In this document: in pieces, positions 54,501-64,000 of the stretch
Layout: every line of letters starts with the position of its first letter
Numbering within the stretch: position 1 is the stretch's first letter
NCBI RefSeq assembly: GCF_009914755.1
Contig: NC_060942.1
DNA from: the human T2T-CHM13v2.0 reference genome, Homo sapiens
Direction: 5' to 3' (one strand)
DNA length: 64,000 nucleotides
Notes under the pieces: generated by a model
What the model was told of the DNA's origin: nothing
Seen by the model: only the letters and a program-made list of their open reading frames with translations
The model's database searches: none
Program-made: the position numbers and the translations under genes

Positions 54501-56651
54501 AGCAGGTTTGAAACACTCTTTTTGTAGTATCTGGAAGTGGACATTTGGAGCGCTTTCAGGCCTATGTTGGAAAGGGAAATATCTTCCCGTAACAACTAGG
54601 CAGAAGCATTCTCAGAAACTTATTTGAGATGTGTGTACTCAACTAAGAGAATTGAATCACCGTTTTGAAGGAGCAATTTTGAAACACTCTTTTTCTGGAA
54701 TCTGCAAGAGGATATTTGCCTAGCCTTGAGGATTTCGTTGGAAACGGGATTGTCTTCAGATCAAATCTAGACAGAAGCATTCTCAGAAACTTCTTTGGGA
54801 TGTTTGCATTCAAGTCACAGAGTAGAACATTCCCTTTGGTAGAGCAGGTTTGAAACACTCTTTTTTTAGTATATGGAAGTGGACATTTGGAGTGCTTTCA
54901 GGCCTACGTTGGAAAACGAAATATCTTCCCATAACAACTAGACAGAAGCATTCTCAGAAACTAGTTTCTGATGTGTGTCCTCAACTAACACAGTTGAACA
55001 TTTCTTTAGACAGAACAGTTTTGAAACACTCTTTTTGTGGAATCTGCAAGTGGCTATTTGGCTAGATTTGAGGATTTCGTTGGAAACGGGATTACATATA
55101 AAAAGCAGACAGCAGCATTCTCAGAAAGTTCTTTGTGATGATTGCATTCAAGTCACAGAATTGAACATTCCCTTTCACAGAGCAGGTTTGAAACACTCTT
55201 TTTGTAGTGTGTGTAAGTGGACATTTGGAGCACTTTCCGGCCTAAGGTGAAAAAGGAAATATCTTCCCATAAAAACTAGACAGAAGCATTCTCAGAAACT
55301 TACTCGTGATGTGTGTCCTCAACTAAAGGAGTAGAACCTTTGTTTTCATAGAGAAGTTTTGAAACGCTCTTTTTGTGGAATCTGCAAGTGGATATTTGGC
55401 TAGTTTTGAGGATTTCGTTGGAAGCGGGAATTCATACAAATTGCAGACTGCAGCGTTCTGAGAAACATCTTTGTGATGTTTGTATTCAGGACACAGAGTT
55501 GAACATTCCCTATCATAGAGCAGGTTGGAATCACTCCTTTTGTAGTATCTGGAAGTGGACATTTGGAGCGCTTTCAGGCCTATGTTGGAAAAGGAAATAT
55601 CTTCCCATAACAACTAGACAGAAGCATTCTCAGAAACTTATTTGAGATGTGTGTACTCAACTAAGAGAATTGAACCACCGTTTTGAAGGAGCAGTTTTGA
55701 AACACTCTTTTTCTGGAATCTGCAAGTGGATATTTGGCTAGCTTTGGGGATTTCGCTGGAAGCGGGAATACATATAAAAAGCACACAGCAGCGTTCTGAG
55801 AAACTGCTTTCTGATGTTTGCATTCAAGTCAAAAGTTGAACACTCCCTTTCATAGAGCAGTCCTGAAACACTCCTTTTGTAGTATCTGGAACTGGACTTT
55901 TGGAGCGCTTTCAGGGCTAAGGTGAAAAAGGAAATATCTTCCCATAAAAACTGGACAGAAGCATTCTCAGAAACTTGTTTATGCTGTATCTACTCAACTA
56001 ACAAAGTTGAACCTTTCTTTTGATAGAGCAGTTTTGAAATGCTCTTTTTGTGGAATCTGCAAGTGGATATTTGGCTAGTTTTGAGGATTTCGTTGGAAGC
56101 GGGAATTCATACAAATTGCAGACTGCAGCGTTCTGAGAAACATCTTTGTGATGTTTGTATTCAGGACAGAGAGTTGAACATTCCCTATCATAGAGCAGGT
56201 TGGAATCACTCCTTTTGTAGTATCTGGAAGTGGACATTTGGAGCGCTTTCAGGCCTATGTTGAAAAAGGAAATATCTTCCCATAACAACTAGACACAAGC
56301 ATTCTCAGAAACTTGTTTGTGATGTGTGCCCTCTACTGACAGAGTTGAACCTTTCTTTTCATAGAGCAGTTTTGAAACACTCTTTTTGTAGAATCTGCAA
56401 GAGGATATTTGCATAGCTTTGAGGATTACGTGGGAAACGGGATAGTCTTCAGGTAAAATCTAGACAGAAGCATTCTCAGAAACTTCTTTGGGATGTTTGC
56501 ATTCAAGTCACAGAGTAGAACATTCCCTTTGGTAGAGTAGGTTTGAAACACTCTTTTTGTAGTATCTGGAAGTGGACATTTGGAGCGCTTTCAGGCCTAT
56601 GTTGGAAAGGGAAATATCTTCCCGTAACAACTAGGCAGAAGCATTCTCAGA

Positions 56652-57672
56652 AACTTATTTGAGATGTGTGTATTCAACTAAGAGAATTGAACCACCGTTT
56701 TGAAGGAGCAGTTTTGAAACACTCTTTTTCTGGAATCTGAAAGAGGATATTTGCCTAGCCTTGAGGATTTCGTTGGAAACGGGATTGTCTTCAGATCAAA
56801 TCTATACAGAAGCATTCTCAGAAACTTCTTTGGGATGTTTGCATTCAAGTCACAGAGTAGAACATTCCCTTTGGTAGAGCAGGTTTGAAACACTCTTTTT
56901 TTAGTATATGGAAGTGGACATTTGGAGCGCATTCAGGCCTACGTTGGAAAAGGAAATATCTTCCCATAACAACTAGACAGAAGCATTCTCAGAAACTAGT
57001 TTCTGATGTGTGTCCTCAACTAACACAGTTGCACATTTCTTTAGACAGAACAGTTTTGAAACACTCTTTTTGTGGAATCTGCAAGTGGCTATTTGGCTAG
57101 ATTTGAGGATTTCGTTGGAAACGGGATTACATATAAAAAGCAGTCAGCAGCATTCTCAGAAAGTTCTTTGTGATGATTGCATTCAAGTCACAGAATTGAA
57201 CATTCCCTTTCACAGAGCAGGTTTGAAATACTCTTTTTTAGTGTGTGTAATTGGACATTTGGAGCACTTTCCGGCCTAAGGTGAAAAAGGAAATATCTTC
57301 CCATAAAAACTAGACAGAAGCATTCTCAGAAACTTACTCGTGATGTGTGTCCTCCACTAAATGAGTAGAACCTTTCTTTTCATAGAGAAGTTTTGAAACG
57401 CTCTTTTTGTAGAATCTGCAAGAGGATATTTGCATAGCTTTGAGGATTTCGTGGGAAACGGGATTGTCTTCAGGTAAAATCTAGACAGAAGCATTCTGAG
57501 AAACTTCTTTGGGATGTTTGCATTCAAGTCACAGAGTAGAACATTCCCTTTGGTAGAGCAGGTTTGAAACACTCTTTTTGTATTATCTGGAAGTGGACAT
57601 TTGGAGCGCTTTCAGGCCTATGTTGGAAAGGGAAATATCTTCCCGTAACAACTAGGCAGAAGCATTCTCAGA
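56652..57672 (+). repeat. 6-mer HOR variant, copy 6
   Basis: Same junction and SNVs. Confidence 0.93.
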
Positions 57673-59707
57673 AACTTATTTGAGATGTGTGTACTCAACT
57701 AAGAGAATTGAATCACCGTTTTGAAGGAGCAGTTTTGAAACACTCTTTTTCTGGAATCTGCAAGAGGATATTTGCCTAGCCTTGAGGATTTCGTTGGAAA
57801 CGGGATTGTCTTTAGATCAAATCTAGACAGAAGCATTCTCAGAAACTTCTTTGGGATGTTTGCATTCAAGTCACAGAGTAGAACATTCCCTTTGGTAGAG
57901 CAGGTTTGAAACACTCTTTTTTTAGTATATGGAAGTGGACATTTGGAGCGCTTTCAGGCCTACGTTGGAAAAGGAAATATCTTCCCATAACAACTAGACA
58001 GAAGCATTCTCAGAAACTAATTTCTGATGTGTTTCCTCAACTAACACAGTTGAACATTTCTTTAGACAGAACAGTTTTGAAACACTCTTTTTGTGGAATC
58101 TGCAAGTGGCTATTTGGCTAGATTTGAGGATTTCGTAGGAAACGGGATTACATATAAAAAGCAGACAGCAGCATTCTCAGAAAGTTCTTTGTGATGATTG
58201 CATTCAAGTCACAGAATTGAACATTCCCTTTCACAGAGCAGGTTTGAAACACTCTTTTTGTAGTGTGTGTAAGTGGACATTTGGAGCACTTTCCGGCCTA
58301 AGGTGAAGAAGGGAATATCTTCCCATAAAAACTAGACAGAAGCATTCTCAGAAACTTACTCGTGATGTGTGTCCTCAACTAAAGGAGTAGAACCTTTGTT
58401 TTCATAGAGAAGTTTTGAAACGCTCTTTTTGTGGAATCTGCAAGTGGATATTTGGCTAGTTTGGAGGATTTCGTTGGAAGCGGGAATTCATACAAATTGC
58501 AGACTGCAGCGTTCTGAGAAACATCTTTGTGATGTTTGTATTCAGGACACTGAGTTGAACATTCCCTATCATAGAGCAGGTTTGAGTCACTCCTTTTGTA
58601 GTATCTGGAAGTGGACATTTGGAGCGCTTTCAGGCCTATGTTGGAAAAGGAAATATCTTCCCATAACAACTAGACAGAAGCATTCTCAGAAACTTATTTG
58701 AGATGTGTGTACTCAACTAAGAGAATTGAACCACCGTTTTGAAGGAGCAGTTTTGAAACACTCTTTTTCTGGAATCTGCAAGTGGATATTCGGCTAGCTT
58801 TGGGGATTTCGCTGGAAGCGGGAATACATATAAAAAGCACACAGCAGCGTTCTGAGAAACTGCTTTCTGATGTTTGCATTCAAGTCAAAAGTTGAACACT
58901 CCCTTTCATAGAGCAGTCCTGAAACACTCCTTTTGTAGTATCTGGAACTGGACTTTTGGAGCGCTTTCAGGGCTAAGGTGAAAAAGGAAATATCTTCCCA
59001 TAAAAACTGGACAGAAGCATTCTCAGAAACTTGTTTATGCTGTATCTACTCAACTAACAAAGTTGAACCTTTCTTTTGATAGAGCAGTTTTGAAATGCTC
59101 TTTTTGTGGAATCTGCAAGTGGATATTTGGCTAGTTTTGAGGATTTCGTTGGAAGCGGGAATTCATACAAATTGCAGACTGCAGCGTTCTGAGAAACATC
59201 TTTGTGATGTTTGTATTCAGGACAGAGAGTTGAACATTCCCTATCATAGAGCAGGTTGGAATCACTCCTTTTGTAGTATCTGGAAGTGGACATTTGGAGC
59301 GCTTTCAGGCCTATGTTGAAAAAGGAAATATCTTCCCATAACAACTAGACACAAGCATTCTCAGAAACTTGTTTGTGATGTGTGCCCTCTACTGACAGAG
59401 TTGAACCTTTCTTTTCATAGAGCAGTTTTGAAACACTCTTTTTGAAGAATCTGCAAGAGGATATTTGCATAGCTTTGAGGATTTCGTGGGAAACGGGATT
59501 GTCTTCAGGTAAAATCTAGACAGAAGCATTCTCAGAAACTTCTTTGGGATGTTTGCATTCAAGTCACAGAGTAGAACATTCCCTTTGGTAGAGCAGGTTT
59601 GAAACACTCTTTTTATAGTATCTGGAAGTGGACATTTGGAGCGCTTTCAGGCCTATGTTGGAAAGGGAAATATCTTCCCGTAACAACTAGGCAGAAGCAT
59701 TCTCAGA

Positions 59708-62700
59708 AACTTATTTGAGATGTGTGTACTCAACTAAGAGAATTGAACCACCGTTTTGAAGGAGCAGTTTTGAAACACTCTTTTTCTGGAATCTGCAAGA
59801 GGATATTTGCCTAGCTTTGAGGATTTCGTTGGAAACGGGATTGTCTTCAGATCAAATCTAGACAGAAGCATTCTCAGAAACTTCTTTGGGATGTTTGCAT
59901 TCAAGTCACAGAGTAGAACATTCCCTTTGGTAGAGCAGGTTTGAAACACTCTTTTTTTAGTATATGGAAGTGGACATTTGGAGCGCTTTCAGGCCTACGT
60001 TGGAAAAGGAAATATCTTCCCATAACAATTAGACAGAAGCATTCTCAGAAACTAGTTTCTGATGTGTGTCCTCAACTAACACAGTTGAACATTTCTTTAG
60101 ACAGAACAGTTTTGAAACTCTCTTTTTGTGGAATCTGCAAGTGGCTATTTGGCTAGATTTGAGGATTTCGTTGGAAACGGGATTACATATAAAAAGCAGA
60201 CAGCAGCATTCTCAGAACGTTCTTTGTGATGATTGCATTCAAGTCACAGAATTGAACATTCCCTTTCACAGAGCAGGTTTGAAACACTCTTTTTGTAGTG
60301 TGTGTAAGTGGACATTTGGAGCACTTTCCGGCCTAAGGTGAAAAAGGAAATATCTTCCCATAAAAACTAGACAGAAGCATTCTCAGAAACTTACTCGTGA
60401 TGTGTGTCCTCAACTAAAGGAGTAGAACCTTTCTTTTCATAGAGAAGTTTTGAAACGCTCTTTTTGTGGAATCTGCAAGTGGATATTTGGCTAGTTTTGA
60501 GGATTTCGTTGGAAGCGGGAATTCATACAAATTGCAGACTGCAGCGTTCTGAGAAACATCTTTGTGATGTTTGTATTCAGGACACAGAGTTGAACATTCC
60601 CTATCATAGAGCAGGTTTGAATCATTCCTTTTGTAGTATCTGGAAGTGGACATTTGGAGCGCTTTCAGGCCTATGTTGGAAAAGGAAATATCTTCCCATA
60701 ACAAGTAGACAGAAGCATTCTCAGAAACTTATTTGAGATGTGTGTACTCAACTAAGAGAATTGAATCACCGTTTTGAAGGAGCAGTTTTGAAACACTCTT
60801 TTTCTGGAATCTGCAAGTGGATATTTGGCTAGCTTTGGGGATTTCGCTGGAAGCGGGAATACATATAAAAAGCACACAGCAGCGTTCTGAGAAACTGCTT
60901 TCTGATGTTTGCATTCAAGTCAAAAGTTGAACACTCCCTTTCATAGTGCAGTCCTGAAACACTCCTTTTGTAGTATCTGGAACTGGACTTTTGGAGCGCT
61001 TTCAGGGCTAAGGTGAAAAAGGAAATATCTTCCCATAAAAACTGGACAGAAGCATTCTCAGAAACTTGTTTAAGCTGTATCTACTCAACTAACAAAGTTG
61101 AACCTTTCTTTTGATAGAGCAGTTTTGAAATGCTCTTTTTGTGGAATCTGCAAGTGGATATTTGGCTAGTTTTGAGGATTTCGTTGGAAGCGGGAATTCA
61201 TACAAATTTCAGACTGCAGCGTTCTGAGAAACATCTTTGTGATGTTTGTATTCAGGACAGAGAGTTGAACATTCCGTATCATAGAGCAGGTTGGAATCAC
61301 TCCTTTTGTAGTATCTGGAAGTGGACATTTGGAGCACTTTCCGGCCTAAGGTGAAAAAGGAAATATCTTCCCATAAAAACTAGACAGAAGCATTCTCAGA
61401 AACTTACTCGTGATGTGTGTCCTCCACTAAATGAGTAGAACCTTTCTTTTCATAGAGCAGTTTTGAAACACTCTTTTTGTAGAATCTGCAAGAGGATATT
61501 TGCATAGCTTTGAGGATTTCGTGGGAAACGGGATTGTCTTCAGGTAAAATCTAGACAGAAGCATTCTCAGAAACTTCTTTGGGATGTTTGCATTCAAGTC
61601 ACAGAGTAGAACATTCCCTTTGGTAGAGCAGGTTTGAAACACTCTTTTTGTAGTATCTGGAAGTGGACATTTGGAGCGCTTTCAGGCCTATGTTGGAAAG
61701 GGAAATATCTTCCCGTAACAACTAGGCAGAAGCATTCTCAGAAACTTATTTGAGATGTGTGTACTCAACTAAGAGAATTGAATCACCGTTTTGAAGGAGC
61801 AGTTTTGAAACACTCTTTTTCTGGAATCTGCAAGAGGATATTTGCCTAGCCTTGAGGATTTCGTTGGAAACGGGATTGTCTTCAGATCAAATCTAGACAG
61901 AAGCATTCTCAGAAACTTCTTTGGGATGTTTGCATTCAAGTCACAGAGTAGAACATTCCCTTTGGTAGAGCAGGTTTGAAACACTCTTTTTTTAGTATAT
62001 GGAAGTGGACATTTGGAGCGCTTTCAGGCCTACGTTGGAAAAGGAAATATCTTCCCATAACAACTAGACAGAAGCATTCTCAGAAACTAGTTTCTGATGT
62101 GTGTCCTCAACTAACACAGTTGAACATTTCTTTAGACAGAACAGTTTTGAAACACTCTTTTTGTGGAATCTGCAAGTGGCTATTTGGCTAGATTTGAGGA
62201 TTTCGTTGGAAACGGGATTACATATAAAAAGCAGACAGCAGCATTCTCAGAAAGTTCTTTGTGATGATTGCATTCAAGTCACAGAATTGAACATTCCCTT
62301 TCACAGAGCAGGTTTGAAACACTCTTTTTGTAGTGTGTGTAAGTGGACATTTGGAGCACTTTCCGGCCTAAGGTGAAAAAGGGAATATCTTCCCATAAAA
62401 ACTAGACAGAAGCATTCTCAGAAACTTACTCGTGATGTGTGTCCTCAACTAAAGGAGTAGAACCTTTGTTTTCATAGAGAAGTTTTGAAACGCTCTTTTT
62501 GTGGAATCTGCAAGTGGATATTTGGCTAGTTTGGAGGATTTCGTTGGAAGCGGGAATTCATACAAATTGCAGACTGCAGCGTTCTGAGAAACATCTTTGT
62601 GATGTTTGTATTCAGGACACAGAGTTGAACATTCCCTATCATAGAGCAGGTTTGAATCATTCCTTTTGTAGTATCTGGAAGTGGACATTTGGAGCGCTTT

Positions 62701-63777
62701 CAGGCCTATGTTGGAAAAGGAAATATCTTCCCATAACAAGTAGACAGAAGCATTCTCAGAAACTTATTTGAGATGTGTGTACTCAACTAAGAGAATTGAA
62801 TCACCGTTTTGAAGGAGCAGTTTTGAAACACTCTTTTTCTGGAATCTGCAAGTGGATATTTGGCTAGCTTTGGGGATTTCGCTGGAAGCGGGAATACATA
62901 TAAAAAGCACACAGCAGCGTTCTGAGAAACTGCTTTCTGATGTTTGCATTCAAGTCAAAAGTTGAACACTCCCTTTCATAGTGCAGTCCTGAAACACTCC
63001 TTTTGTAGTATCTGGAACTGGACTTTTGGAGCGCTTTCAGGGCTAAGGTGAAAAAGGAAATATCTTCCCATAAAAACTGGACAGAAGCATTCTCAGAAAC
63101 TTGTTTAAGCTGTATCTACTCAACTAACAAAGTTGAACCTTTCTTTTGATAGAGCAGTTTTGAAATGCTCTTTTTGTGGAATCTGCAAGTGGATATTTGG
63201 CTAGTTTTGAGGATTTCGTTGGAAGCGGGAATTCATACAAATTTCAGACTGCAGCGTTCTGAGAAACATCTTTGTGATGTTTGTATTCAGGACAGAGAGT
63301 TGAACATTCCGTATCATAGAGCAGGTTGGAATCACTCCTTTTGTAGTATCTGGAAGTGGACATTTGGAGCACTTTCCGGCCTAAGGTGAAAAAGGAAATA
63401 TCTTCCCATAAAAACTAGACAGAAGCATTCTCAGAAACTTACTCGTGATGTGTGTCCTCCACTAAATGAGTAGAACCTTTCTTTTCATAGAGCAGTTTTG
63501 AAACACTCTTTTTGTAGAATCTGCAAGAGGATATTTGCATAGCTTTGAGGATTTCGTGGGAAACGGGATTGTCTTCAGGTAAAATCTAGACAGAAGCATT
63601 CTCAGAAACTTCTTTGGGATGTTTGCATTCAAGTCACAGAGTAGAACATTCCCTTTGGTAGAGCAGGTTTGAAACACTCTTTTTGTAGTATCTGGAAGTG
63701 GACATTTGGAGCGCTTTCAGGCCTATGTTGGAAAGGGAAATATCTTCCCGTAACAACTAGGCAGAAGCATTCTCAGA
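59708..63777 (+). repeat. Two 2035-bp HORs carrying a chimeric m10/4 + m5/11 segment
   Basis: Length is canonical, but m4-end/m5-start sequence (actttccggcctaagg...cttactcgtg...ccactaaatg) replaces m10-end/m11-start at 61336-61437 and 63371-63472. Confidence 0.88.
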
Positions 63778-64000
63778 AACTTATTTGAGATGTGTGTACT
63801 CAACTAAGAGAATTGAATCACCGTTTTGAAGGAGCAGTTTTGAAACACTCTTTTTCTGGAATCTGCAAGAGGATATTTGCCTAGCCTTGAGGATTTCGTT
63901 GGAAACGGGATTGTCTTCAGATCAAATCTAGACAGAAGCATTCTCAGAAACTTCTTTGGGATGTTTGCATTCAAGTCACAGAGTAGAACATTCCCTTTGG

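Larger units (their letters stand above)
1..64000 (+). repeat. Alpha-satellite (ALR) higher-order repeat array, uninterrupted and unidirectional
   Basis: Continuous ~171-bp monomers with alphoid hallmarks (cattctcagaaact, tttgaaacactctttt, CENP-B boxes, ggaaatatcttcccat). The ORF track recurs with a 2035-bp period. HOR copies differ by only a few SNVs. Confidence 0.99.
1..64000 (+). other. D18Z1: Probable human chromosome 18 active centromeric array D18Z1 (suprachromosomal family 2, S2C18H1L)
   Basis: 12-mer of 2035 bp with strict dimeric A/B alternation. EcoRI sites at 812 and 1487 give 675-bp and 1360-bp fragments, matching the ~0.68 and ~1.36 kb EcoRI units I recall for chr18 alphoid DNA. 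Not verified by alignment. Confidence 0.85.

Noticed and set aside
54885-54900. ggagtgct shared with units 1, 5764 and 11527 as evidence of long-range conversion
   Set aside because: It is a CpG>TpG transition, easily recurrent, and the other left-domain markers are absent here.
58131-58147. Variant box tttcgtaggaaacggga as a CENP-B loss
   Set aside because: The change is at a non-essential position; the TTCG, A and CGGG core is intact.
27-63677. About 250 short ORFs (61-96 aa) on both strands
   Set aside because: They are translations of satellite monomers recurring with the HOR period. They overlap on both strands, gain stops and frameshifts freely, and show no recognisable domain or gene structure.
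1-64000. CRISPR-like array (conserved cagaagcattctcagaaact every ~170 bp)
   Set aside because: The intervening sequences are homologous, periodic monomer bodies rather than unique spacers, and there are no cas genes.
1-64000. L1/Alu insertion or inversion within the array
   Set aside because: Unit lengths sum exactly to the window (63777 + 223 bp partial). No poly-A tail, non-alphoid segment or strand switch was seen.

Overview
The whole window is human-type centromeric alpha satellite: about 377 head-to-tail monomers of 167-171 bp, all in one orientation, with no genes, transposon insertions or inversions that I could see. The basic unit is a 12-monomer, 2035-bp higher-order repeat (HOR) in which CENP-B-box monomers alternate with pJalpha-type monomers. 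This dimeric organisation and EcoRI sites spaced 675 + 1360 bp best fit the active chromosome 18 array D18Z1 (SF2, S2C18H1L); that assignment is from recall, not a search. Monomer numbering below is local: m1 starts at base 1. The window tiles exactly as 25 x 2035-bp units, two 10-mers (1693 bp), one extra dimer (342 bp), six 6-mers (1021 bp), one 18-mer (3048 bp) and a 223-bp partial unit. All ORFs in the track are repeat-derived artefacts. I found no new protein-coding or RNA system. The interesting signal is the array's mutational history: a dense substitution cluster beside a deletion junction, nested multi-kb duplications, a diverged 6-mer cassette that travels with broken CENP-B boxes, out-of-register junctions in short homologies, and a length-neutral conversion tract that creates a new HOR variant. 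All SNV comparisons were made by eye and need confirming by alignment.
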